Shown: piece after piece, positions 9,392 through 17,765 of the stretch
Position numbering within the stretch: the first letter of the stretch is position 1
How the letters are laid out: each line of letters opens with the position of its first letter
Assembly: GCA_017633675.1 (NCBI GenBank)
Contig: JAGBOW010000033.1
Span: 1-45,933, forward strand
Direction of reading: 5' to 3'
DNA: 45,933 bases
Source: a bacterium
GTDB lineage: Bacteria > Cyanobacteriota > Vampirovibrionia > Gastranaerophilales > Gastranaerophilaceae
Made by a program: the position numbers and the translations under genes
The notes under the pieces: model-generated
Told to the model about the DNA's origin: nothing
Databases searched by the model: none
Seen by the model: only the letters and a program-made list of their open reading frames with translations

Positions 9392-9979
9392 ATGAAAATG
9401 TCTGCACAAGATATGTTGAATAAATTTTCAGATGGTTCTTGCCACCCTTTTTTGGTTCGGGATTTGGCATTTATAATTTTTGATGAAACATCAAAAAATA
9501 TTAAAGAAATGCCGGAAAAATACAAAAAATATCTTGAAGTTTCATCTCTTTTACATGATATAGGATACTGTATAGACAATAAAGCACATAACAAACACAG
9601 TATGAAAATGATTATGGAACACGGACTTGTAGGATTTAATGATATTGAAGAAAAAATCATTGCCTGCATTTGCAGATACCACAGAGGCGGTTTGCCAGAT
9701 AAAAAAGAACACGAAATTTATAACACATTAGATAAAAAAGAGAGAAAAATTGTAAAAAAACTTGCAGGAATTTTGAAAATTGCCGATGGTTTGGCAACCG
9801 AAAAACAAAATTTAATAAAAAATATAACCATAAATTATAATAAAGAAGATAAAATTGCAGAATTTATACTGATGCCTTGTGTAAAAGAATTTTTACCGGA
9901 TATTACGACGGCAATTCGAAAACGTGATCTTTATGAGATTGCGTTTAAATGTCAAAGTGTTTTAAGGTTTGCAGATTAA
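9392..9979 (+). CDS. HD-domain protein resembling the C-terminal domain of Ppx/GppA
   Basis: LLHDIGY, HNKHS, CRYHR and LAGILKIADGL. Confidence 0.8.
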   Translation: MKMSAQDMLNKFSDGSCHPFLVRDLAFIIFDETSKNIKEMPEKYKKYLEVSSLLHDIGYCIDNKAHNKHSMKMIMEHGLVGFNDIEEKIIACICRYHRGGLPDKKEHEIYNTLDKKERKIVKKLAGILKIADGLATEKQNLIKNITINYNKEDKIAEFILMPCVKEFLPDITTAIRKRDLYEIAFKCQSVLRFAD

Positions 9980-10191
9980 TCAAATTTCAATAAATCATAA
10001 AGTTTTATGTTTAATCCGTCTGCGATTTTTTGTAAAATTTCAAGGCTGGGGTTTCTTTCTAATCTTTCCAGACGACCTATGTATGTCCTGTCAATACCAC
10101 ACAATAATGCCAAATTCTCTTGTGAAAGACTTCTTTCATTACGAATATTTTTCAATTTATTTGCAAATTTTTCTCTCACATCGCTTGACAT
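9976..10191 (-). CDS. XRE-family HTH transcriptional regulator
   Basis: LSQENLALLCGIDRTYIGRLERLERNPSLEILQKIADGL; start taken at MSSDVREKF. Confidence 0.9.
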   Translation of the reverse strand: MSSDVREKFANKLKNIRNERSLSQENLALLCGIDRTYIGRLERLERNPSLEILQKIADGLNIKLYDLLKFD

Positions 10192-10259
10192 ACAAAACAA
10201 TATATGCAATTATGTGCCTATCGTCGACAGCCAATCGGCACAGTACAAAAGGAGAATTT

Positions 10260-10481
10260 ATGAATGTATGTCTGGATATATTAACTGAACAAGTAGAAAT
10301 AATGAAAGAAAATTTTTTCGGTTTGTTTGGTGGTTGTGCAAATATGTTAGAATTCAGTAATTATTCTATAAGTAAAGGTAGAAAATCGCGTGATTACATG
10401 AGATGTAAGCGCTTAAATAACAGAATAAAAAAATTATATGATGATATGGAATCAATTTGTGAAGATATAAGAAATTTATAA
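10260..10481 (+). CDS. Small hypothetical protein divergent from the XRE gene
   Basis: aaggag RBS before the ATG at 10260 (MNVCLDIL..., 73 aa). The longer ORF in the track overlaps the XRE gene. Confidence 0.6.
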   Translation: MNVCLDILTEQVEIMKENFFGLFGGCANMLEFSNYSISKGRKSRDYMRCKRLNNRIKKLYDDMESICEDIRNL

Positions 10482-10486
10482 TTTAC

Positions 10487-10705
10487 TCACGCAATAACCG
10501 GTTTACCGATAGAGTTTACCAAAATATTAATTACCTTTGGCATTTGGCAAATAAACGAATAACCGCCGTTTCTGAGAGAACATTTTGAACAATCACAACG
10601 AATAGAATAACATTCCAGTGCCTGCTGAGTCCAACTCTGAGTGATAGAGTCGGAGATTTCACCGTTAGTCTGCGGATTAAATATTTCCATAAGAACCCCA
10701 CACAA
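10487..10705 (-). CDS. Small Cys-rich protein, paralog of 2406-2636
   Basis: WTQQALECYSIRCDCSKC...CQMPKVINILVNSIGKP. Confidence 0.75.
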   Translation of the reverse strand: MCGVLMEIFNPQTNGEISDSITQSWTQQALECYSIRCDCSKCSLRNGGYSFICQMPKVINILVNSIGKPVIA

Positions 10706-10784
10706 TTGTAACCCATCTTTATTCTGACAGGTTTTTTATAATTTTTAATCCTTCAAATGACGGAAATTTTATATAATTAAAAAA

Positions 10785-11183
10785 CTATACTTCTTTTTTG
10801 GGAAGCTGAACACCCAAAGTAGTTATTGCAGAGTCAAACACATTGTTTAATTTGCCTGCAGCATTAGTTGCAGCACTGCTTATATTACTTTTATATCTTC
10901 TTCCTATTATAAATAAAAGAATTATCCAACCGACAGGAGTGAATATTAAAAAGTTCTTTGCAATTTCACGAATCATTATTTGAAGCGGTCTTTCCGCAAA
11001 ATCACCAACAGCGGAACTAAGTACGTCCATTACCGCATCTTTATTTTTATTTCTGTTAATTATTTCCAAATCTGCAGAAATATCTATTTTATTCATATTT
11101 AATGTTACTGATCCAAATGGATTGTTTGATAAATATTCACTTGTTGTTACCGATCCAAAAGGATTGTTTGAATAGTTTGTCAT
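10785..11183 (-). CDS. Hypothetical membrane protein
   Basis: aaagga RBS; SNNPFGSVT occurs twice; one hydrophobic segment. Confidence 0.6.
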   Translation of the reverse strand: MTNYSNNPFGSVTTSEYLSNNPFGSVTLNMNKIDISADLEIINRNKNKDAVMDVLSSAVGDFAERPLQIMIREIAKNFLIFTPVGWIILLFIIGRRYKSNISSAATNAAGKLNNVFDSAITTLGVQLPKKEV

Positions 11184-11435
11184 TTACTTTCCTTTTAATA
11201 TGATATAAAATGTATATACTCTCTATATATAAATTAAAAATTCATGCTTTAAAAAATTGCTTTTTCTGTTAAATTTTTGTTTACAATAGTTTACAATATT
11301 CCGTATGAAAGTTCAATAAGCAAGTAGAACATAAAAAGAAAACAAGAATTAAGAATATTTTATCATTAATAATCAAAATTGGGTAACAAATAAGACAAAA
11401 CTTGACAAGGATTGCAATATTTTTCATGGATTGAT

Positions 11436-11471
11436 ATTGCTTATGAAATTAGATACACAGACGTATTATAA
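11436..11471 (+). repeat. 36-bp direct repeat, copy 1
   Basis: attgcttatgaaattagatacacagacgtattataa; 2 mismatches to 12005-12040. Confidence 0.85.
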
Positions 11472-11528
11472 TTTTGGAATAATACTTGGATTGGAATTCG
11501 ATTAATTATTGGATTTCACTCAACATGC

Positions 11529-11888
11529 TTAACCAAAAGCATCTTCCACAGCTCTATCATTTAGAAATCTGGTTTCATACCATTCTCTTTTTTCATCTAA
11601 AAATCTTATGAAATCATCTACTACAAGAGGTTTATTTTCTTTATATAGAGATGGCAATTTATCACCATCTTCTATGTGAGATACATTTACAATGTTTCCG
11701 TTTGAGTCTTGAACTGCATCAAAACGTACATTTGTATCTTTTCTAATACCACTTAATTCATGCACCAAATTGTTTATTACATTGGAATTTTTTTCATTTG
11801 TCGATTTTAGTATTCTTTTATCAACTGTAACTTTTAAACCAAATGCTACACTATTACTGCTATTTAACGGCTGTATATACATACACAT
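11529..11888 (-). CDS. Hypothetical protein
   Basis: aaggag RBS; N-terminus MYIQPLNSSNSVAFG. Confidence 0.65.
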   Translation of the reverse strand: MCMYIQPLNSSNSVAFGLKVTVDKRILKSTNEKNSNVINNLVHELSGIRKDTNVRFDAVQDSNGNIVNVSHIEDGDKLPSLYKENKPLVVDDFIRFLDEKREWYETRFLNDRAVEDAFG

Positions 11889-11915
11889 ACTCCTTTTTGA
11901 TTTGAGATATATAAA

Positions 11916-11945
11916 AATGTCGACGAGGTTACTATTTTGGAACCC
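11916..11945. repeat. att-like repeat related to the tRNA-Leu 3' end
   Basis: aatgtcgacgaggttactattttggaaccc; 1 mismatch to 13645-13674. Confidence 0.75.
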
Positions 11946-12004
11946 TGCGACAGTGAAATCTTATCACAAATTATGAGGTCAGACAACATTTATCATAAGT
12001 TAAC

Positions 12005-12040
12005 ATTGCTTATGAAGTTGGATACACAGACGTATTATAA
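12005..12040 (+). repeat. 36-bp direct repeat, copy 2
   Basis: attgcttatgaagttggatacacagacgtattataa. Confidence 0.85.
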
Positions 12041-12155
12041 GGGTTAGAGTATAAAACTTATTTGTAACAATTCAAGAAAAGTTTGTTACAATTAAGCAAT
12101 TCTCGGAACCCTACTTACTTTATACATGTAGTAGGTTATAATAAGGAATAGATTT

Positions 12156-13493
12156 ATGGTTAGTAGAATATCAGGTAATTATTCGCCAGTATATGCTGTA
12201 AATTATGGTAATAGACAAATTCAACCAGTATCGTTTAAAGCTGATATAGGTAAAACTGATACAATAGAGTTATCTCAGAATAAGAGAAAAGAACTATCTA
12301 CAGGTACCAAAGTCGTAATAGGTACTGGTATAGCATTGACTTTAGCTATAGGTGCTGATTTTCTATTTTGTAAAGGTAAACATGTTAAGAATTTGTTAGG
12401 TAAACTGAAAGGGGAAAAGGTAAAACCAGAGGTGAAACCAGAGGTGAAACCAGAAGCTAAGCCTGAGGTGAAACCAGAAACTAAGCCTGAGGTGAAACCA
12501 GAAACTAAACCAGAGGTGAAACCAGAAACTAAGCCAGAGGTGAAACCAGAAACTAAGCCTGAGGTGAAACCAGAAGCTAAGCCTGAGGTGAAACCAGAAG
12601 CTAAGCCTGAGGTGAAACCAGAAGCTAAGCCTGAGGTGAAACCAGAAGCTAAACCTGAGGTCAAGCCTAAAATCCATGAAGCGAAATTAAAGGCAGAGAA
12701 AGACATAGAACAATTAAAAAGAGAAATACCTAGTATGTCTAGGTCTGAAATAGCCCAACAAAGACGTGAATTAAATAGGTGGGGCTGTGAAATTGATAAG
12801 CTTGAAATGAAGGCAAAGAAGGAAGGTTTAACAGAATTAGAAAATGTTAGATTAGATTTCTTGAAGCAAAAACTTTCTTTATTAGAAGAAAAAGAAAGGC
12901 AGATTGCACAATCATTAAAAAAATATGTTCCTACAGTCTCTGATAATTCTGCTGTTTCTATGCACCATTATATAAACGGGGAAAATACCAGCATTAGAGA
13001 AGCAATTAGTGCTAAAACTAAAAATCCAAGTGAATTAAGTGAATATCAAATTAAGAATATAGAACATATGGAACAACGGATGGCAGAAATAGATAAAGAG
13101 TTTGCACAATTGCCACCTCTTGAAAAAGACTGTATTGTATATAGAGGTCGTGCCGAAAATCCGATAATCAAACGTTATAATGGTGATTTTAAAATAATGG
13201 ATAATGCCAAAGTCGGTGATGTCGTTATCCCTGATACTGCATATTCTTATACGGCATTCCATTACGACATGGCGAATAATTGGTGTCAGGGTGGAAGAAT
13301 GACTGATATAAATAATAATCCTTTAAGGACAATAATGTATGAAATCCATTTACCAAAAGGTGCGAAAGTTTCAAGGAATTTAGAGCATGGTGGCGAAGTC
13401 GTTATGCCACGTGGTGCACAATACAAAGTTCTTGACAAGAAAGTAGCTCAAAATGGTGATATAGAAGTAGCTTTGGAATACATACTTCCTTAA
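12156..13493 (+). CDS. ADP-ribosyltransferase (VIP2/exoenzyme-like R-S-E clade) with an N-terminal TM segment and KPE repeat linker
   Basis: VYRG, YSYTA and IHLPKGAK...[14 protein letters not shown] motifs. Confidence 0.8.
   Translation: MVSRISGNYSPVYAVNYGNRQIQPVSFKADIGKTDTIELSQNKRKELSTGTKVVIGTGIALTLAIGADFLFCKGKHVKNLLGKLKGEKVKPEVKPEVKPEAKPEVKPETKPEVKPETKPEVKPETKPEVKPETKPEVKPEAKPEVKPEAKPEVKPEAKPEVKPEAKPEVKPKIHEAKLKAEKDIEQLKREIPSMSRSEIAQQRRELNRWGCEIDKLEMKAKKEGLTELENVRLDFLKQKLSLLEEKERQIAQSLKKYVPTVSDNSAVSMHHYINGENTSIREAISAKTKNPSELSEYQIKNIEHMEQRMAEIDKEFAQLPPLEKDCIVYRGRAENPIIKRYNGDFKIMDNAKVGDVVIPDTAYSYTAFHYDMANNWCQGGRMTDINNNPLRTIMYEIHLPKGAKVSRNLEHGGEVVMPRGAQYKVLDKKVAQNGDIEVALEYILP
12420..12671 (+). 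repeat. 12/24-bp coding tandem repeat (KPEVKPEA/T)
   Basis: Repeated gaggtgaaaccagaa(g/a)ctaagcct units. Confidence 0.95.
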
Positions 13494-13644
13494 TCATAGT
13501 ACATTACGTACACTGTTCTAGCCTGTTCAAGAAGTTGTACAGATTACCAACCGAACAGCCGCATTGTTGAACAAATAATATGGAACCCATAAAAAGCTCT
13601 TAAATACTAAAATAGAGCCTAATTTTGAAGGCTCTAAAAAAAGT

Positions 13645-13674
13645 AATGTCGACGGGGTTACTATTTTGGAACCC
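13645..13674. repeat. att-like repeat related to the tRNA-Leu 3' end
   Basis: aatgtcgacggggttactattttggaaccc; taatgtcgacgggg (13644-13657) is identical to 14487-14500. Confidence 0.75.
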
Positions 13675-13804
13675 AACAACAAAGAAATTGTATCACAAAA
13701 AACGTTACCTAACAACATATATCAACGTATAGTTCATATCATGAAACAATCCACACAGGAGTATTACAACATGAGAATAATTTTAGGTTACGAGAAGTAA
13801 TATA

Positions 13805-14440
13805 TTAAATAATATCAAACTTTATATTCATATTATTATTTTCTATGAAATTTGTAATATCAACACACATATCTTTTATGTTATTTTGTGTAAAATCTTG
13901 GTTTATTGGTATTCTTATGGCATTATGATTTAATACTTTATATATAAGTTTTTCAGTAACATTGCATTTTTTCTTGTATGTATTCAATAATTTTTCCGAC
14001 TTCACATATAAATTCAACATGCGATAAGAATAGTTCGTTGACCTATTTATATCGGCTATTGTATTATAAATTAGTATGCAATCTATAGGAGAAACAATAA
14101 ATAGAGGAATTAAATATAAAAAGTTTATATTTCTTGATGGTAAAATTTCATATTTTATATGACATATATCTGTCCAAGGAATTGATATTTTTATATTACT
14201 ATCATAATAAGATTTATCATTTAATTTGATTCGCAATGGGAATAGTAAATTATTCATAATACGAATGATTAACATTAATGCAAAGTATACAACAATAATA
14301 TCAGCAAACACTAAAAATTTGTCTTTTATAAGAATAACCATATAGTAAGTTACATATAATAAAGCTGCAATAATTAAGAAAGATAATATCAATTTAGTTA
14401 TTGAGATTTTTTCTTTTAATTCAATATAATTATTATCCAT
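13805..14440 (-). CDS. AT-rich hypothetical membrane protein
   Basis: Start corrected to MDNNYIEL because the longer ORF runs through the tRNA; 2-3 hydrophobic segments. Confidence 0.65.
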   Translation of the reverse strand: MDNNYIELKEKISITKLILSFLIIAALLYVTYYMVILIKDKFLVFADIIVVYFALMLIIRIMNNLLFPLRIKLNDKSYYDSNIKISIPWTDICHIKYEILPSRNINFLYLIPLFIVSPIDCILIYNTIADINRSTNYSYRMLNLYVKSEKLLNTYKKKCNVTEKLIYKVLNHNAIRIPINQDFTQNNIKDMCVDITNFIENNNMNIKFDII

Positions 14441-14489
14441 AATCTGACTATTTATAATTTGTGGACTGATGCCATGGTACTTTAAATAA

Positions 14490-14570
14490 TGTCGACGGGG
14501 GGACTTGAACCCCCACAGCTCTCGCCACATGCACCTCAAGCATGCGTGTCTACCATTCCACCACATCGAC
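14490..14570 (-). tRNA. tRNA-Leu(GAG)
   Basis: Reverse complement GTCGATGTGGTGGAATGGTAGACACGCATGCTTGAGGTGCATGTGGCGAGAGCTGTGGGGGTTCAAGTCCCCCCGTCGACA; anticodon GAG and a long variable arm. Confidence 0.95.
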
Positions 14571-14636
14571 AGAGATTTCCTACAATCTAAAATATCACAA
14601 AAATTTTTATTTTTCAAATTTTAAAAATTTTTTTAC

Positions 14637-15656
14637 TTATTTTATCAATGTTGAATTGGATTTGTACAAATTTTTGTCAAACCTGTCCGCCAAAAATGTC
14701 GAAATTAAAGGTATGACAATATAGTACAAACTTCCCAAAATAAATGCAGGTTTTACTATTTTTATACCTTCAACATATTTATCAAGTTTTAGTGAATTTT
14801 TGTTTGCTTCTTTAAATCTTTTGATAAATTTTTCGGTTGGTTTTTTAGTTAATTTATCAATTGTATAACCGCATAATATACTCAATCCTGTCGAAATTCC
14901 CGCATTATACATCAGGGCTTTTTTTCTGTCATCGTCTATTTTTTTACTTTTTGATGTCTGCGCAACAAAAGTTCCCGTCGCAAGTGTATCAGTCAATGCC
15001 ATTATATGCATTTCAAAATTTGTATTGTGGAATTTTTCGGTTAATTTTTTGATAAATGATGTGTCAATAATTTTTCCGATACCTTTGGAGAGTTTATCCG
15101 TTGCACCTGTGAAATTAGGAGAGTTATTATCATGTTGAAAGTTGAAAGTTGAAAGTTGAAAATTATTTAACTTTCCATTTTCCTCTTTCAACTTTCCGCT
15201 ATTAAACATTTTCTCCACAATCGTCGGTATCATGGCGCAGGTCATTATTGATTTCGGAACGGCAATTAAAAATCCCAGTCCAAGTTTAAAAAGCTGGGTT
15301 GCAAATTTGTATTTTTTGGATTTGTCAAGAGATTTTTCTCCTGCTTGAAGGGTTTTTATTGTTTTATCTTTCAAATATTTTGCAGGATTTTTGTTAATTT
15401 TTTTTATAGATTTTGCTAACGGTAAAGACGTAACAAGCATTAACCCATACCCGACAGCAGATGACGCAAGAGATTTTGCTGTCGCATACTTTCTGTTTTC
15501 TTTATCCGTTTTCGGGGTAGACATTATAGCAATCGGTCTTGCAATCGCTGAAAGCACAAGAGATGTTGTTGCAACAAACAATGCTCCGTTATCTGAGGCA
15601 AATTCCAATCCCTTTTTAAAAATTTTGTTATTATAAATCGGCTGTACTTTCATCAA
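14637..15656 (-). CDS. Lineage-specific multi-pass membrane protein
   Basis: Several hydrophobic helices separated by Lys-rich loops; contains a heptamer-repeat insertion. Confidence 0.75.
   Translation of the reverse strand: MMKVQPIYNNKIFKKGLEFASDNGALFVATTSLVLSAIARPIAIMSTPKTDKENRKYATAKSLASSAVGYGLMLVTSLPLAKSIKKINKNPAKYLKDKTIKTLQAGEKSLDKSKKYKFATQLFKLGLGFLIAVPKSIMTCAMIPTIVEKMFNSGKLKEENGKLNNFQLSTFNFQHDNNSPNFTGATDKLSKGIGKIIDTSFIKKLTEKFHNTNFEMHIMALTDTLATGTFVAQTSKSKKIDDDRKKALMYNAGISTGLSILCGYTIDKLTKKPTEKFIKRFKEANKNSLKLDKYVEGIKIVKPAFILGSLYYIVIPLISTFLADRFDKNLYKSNSTLIK
15134..15200. repeat. Heptamer-repeat palindrome inside a CDS
   Basis: (gttgaaa)4 followed by ttatttaactttccattttcctctttcaactttcc; same element as 6211-6277. 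Confidence 0.85.
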
Positions 15657-15669
15657 GATTTATTATACA

Positions 15670-16395
15670 ATGCAAATAATGAAAATTACAGAATTTGCAA
15701 AAAAAGAAATAACAGGCTGGAAAAGTTATGAAGTATTTATAATTATTTTTGCTTTTCTTTTAATTATATATAATGCAATAGTTTTACATGACAGTGTAAT
15801 CGCTGTTTGTTCCGCATTTTTCGGAATTTTGTACACGATTATTGCGGGCAAAGGCAAGATTTCATGCTACTTTTTCGGACTAATGGGTTCGGGGTGCTAC
15901 GTTTATCTTTCAGCTTTCAGTCATTTATGGGGAAATGCACTTTTGTATCTTGCGTATTATATTCCGATGCAAATTCACGGAATTTTTGCTTGGAAAAGCA
16001 ATCTGAACAACGATTTCGAGATTAAGAAAACCGGAATGACCGGAAAGCAGAAATTGAAATTTTTGGTTACGGGAATTTTAGGAAGTATTTTAACTGCATT
16101 AATTCTATATTTTATGAACGACAAAAACCCTGTTATTGACGGGATTACGACATTTTTGTCAATACTCGGAATGTATTGCACGGTAAAAAGATTTTTGGAA
16201 CAGTGGATAATCTGGATTATTGTCAACGGTTTATCGTTTTTTATGTGGCTAAATCTGATAATTCATGGTACGAAAGCATATTCTACACTTGTAATGTGGG
16301 GAGTATATTTTGTTCTTGCAATTTATTTTTATGAAATATGGAAAAAAGAATTAATAAATAATAACAATTCCGAAATTGAAACTGTTAGTCAATAA
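15670..16395 (+). CDS. pnuC: Nicotinamide riboside transporter PnuC family
   Basis: Multi-TM protein with AGKGKISCYFFG, YYIPMQIHGIFAW, DGITTFLSI and EQWIIWIIVN. Confidence 0.88.
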   Translation: MQIMKITEFAKKEITGWKSYEVFIIIFAFLLIIYNAIVLHDSVIAVCSAFFGILYTIIAGKGKISCYFFGLMGSGCYVYLSAFSHLWGNALLYLAYYIPMQIHGIFAWKSNLNNDFEIKKTGMTGKQKLKFLVTGILGSILTALILYFMNDKNPVIDGITTFLSILGMYCTVKRFLEQWIIWIIVNGLSFFMWLNLIIHGTKAYSTLVMWGVYFVLAIYFYEIWKKELINNNNSEIETVSQ

Positions 16396-16457
16396 TGAGT
16401 TTTAAACCTTTACAAACATTATGTTTGTAATACAATTTCTATTGAGGTTACAGACAG

Positions 16458-17762
16458 TTGAAACATTCAAAATTAACAGCCCTGATATTTGTTGCACTTG
16501 TTTTAGGTGTGGTTTTCGGACATTTTTGCCCTGATTATGCCGTAAAAATGCGTCCCTTAGCTGTAATTTTTTTAAGAATGGTTAAAATGATTATTGCACC
16601 TCTGTTATTTGCAACTCTTGTTGTCGGAATTGCAGGACACGGAAGTGCTAAAAAACTGGGTAAAATAGGCATAAAAACAATTGTCTATTTTGAAATTGTT
16701 ACGACATTAGCTTTGATAATAGGGCTTGTAGTTGCAAATATTTTCAAACCCGGTGTCGGTTTTGTTACGGGAAACACGGTTCATGCAATCCACATGCAGG
16801 AAGCCGGATTAATGGCAGGTGCACAGGCTCATACATCAGTAAGTGAAATGATAACAAGTATTTTCCCGACAAGCGTAATTGATGCTATGGCTCAGGGCAA
16901 TTTGCTGCAAATAGTTGTATTTTCAATATTTTTTGCTCTTGCAATTGTTGCTGTCGGCAAAAAAGCCGAACCTGTTCTTGAAATTTTAAACTCCGTTTCA
17001 TCAATAATGTTTAAATTTACGGAATATGTAATGTATTTTGCGCCTGTTGGTATATTCGGAGCTATTGCATCTACCGTCGGAGCAAACGGACTTTCGGTAT
17101 TGAAAAGCTACTTCAAAATAATCGGTGCTTTGTATACGGCATTAGCCGTATTTGTTTTGCTTGTTCTTGTTATAGTGTGCAAAATAGTAAAAATTTCATT
17201 CCGAAATCTTTGCAAAGCATTACAGGAACCTGCAATTTTGGCATTTACGACAGCAAGTTCCGAAGCAGCATTTCCTAAAGCTATGGATATTATGGAACGT
17301 TTCGGAGTTCCAAAAAATATCGTAAGTTTTGTTATGCCGACAGGATATACGTTTAATCTGGACGGAAGTACACTTTATCTTGCTATGGCTGTAATTTTTT
17401 CATCACAAATTGTCGGGATAAATTTGGACATAAATCAGCAGATTATAATTATGCTTGCATTAATGCTTACAAGTAAAGGGATTGCAGGAGTTCCAAGAGT
17501 TTCTTTAATTGTTCTTGCAGGAACTCTGGCAAGTTTCAATATTCCGATAATAGGTGTTGCAATACTTTTAGGTATAGACCAAATTCTTGACATGGGAAGA
17601 ACAACAGTAAATTTAATCGGAAACTGCGTTGCAACGGTTGTTATTGCACGTTGGGAAAAAGAATTTGATTATGACAAGATGGAAAATTTTGTAAAACAGG
17701 CAAAGGAAGAAAGTTTAACAACAAATATAAAAAATAAATTAGGAAAAGTAAAAGAAGGATAA
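16458..17762 (+). CDS. Dicarboxylate/amino acid:cation symporter (GltP/DctA family)
   Basis: FLRMVKMIIAPL, AFTTASSEAAFP, PTGYTFNLDG and DMGRTTVNLIGN. Confidence 0.93.
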   Translation: MKHSKLTALIFVALVLGVVFGHFCPDYAVKMRPLAVIFLRMVKMIIAPLLFATLVVGIAGHGSAKKLGKIGIKTIVYFEIVTTLALIIGLVVANIFKPGVGFVTGNTVHAIHMQEAGLMAGAQAHTSVSEMITSIFPTSVIDAMAQGNLLQIVVFSIFFALAIVAVGKKAEPVLEILNSVSSIMFKFTEYVMYFAPVGIFGAIASTVGANGLSVLKSYFKIIGALYTALAVFVLLVLVIVCKIVKISFRNLCKALQEPAILAFTTASSEAAFPKAMDIMERFGVPKNIVSFVMPTGYTFNLDGSTLYLAMAVIFSSQIVGINLDINQQIIIMLALMLTSKGIAGVPRVSLIVLAGTLASFNIPIIGVAILLGIDQILDMGRTTVNLIGNCVATVVIARWEKEFDYDKMENFVKQAKEESLTTNIKNKLGKVKEG

Positions 17763-17765
17763 ATT

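Noticed and set aside
11436-12040. 36-bp repeats as a CRISPR remnant
   Set aside because: Only two copies, 569 bp apart, with a gene between them.
12420-12671. Possible CRISPR array
   Set aside because: Contiguous 12/24-bp coding repeats with no unique spacers, and no cas genes in the window.
12275-12706. Minus-strand repetitive ORFs (SGFTSGLA; LSFWFHLR)
   Set aside because: Antisense shadows of the KPE tandem repeat in the ART gene.
13527-13718. 63-aa minus-strand ORF
   Set aside because: No RBS or motif and it spans an att scar; more likely an element remnant. I could not confirm recombinase homology on either strand.
14441-14617. N-terminal extension of ORF 13805-14617
   Set aside because: It runs through tRNA-Leu; the ATG at 14440 is the plausible start.
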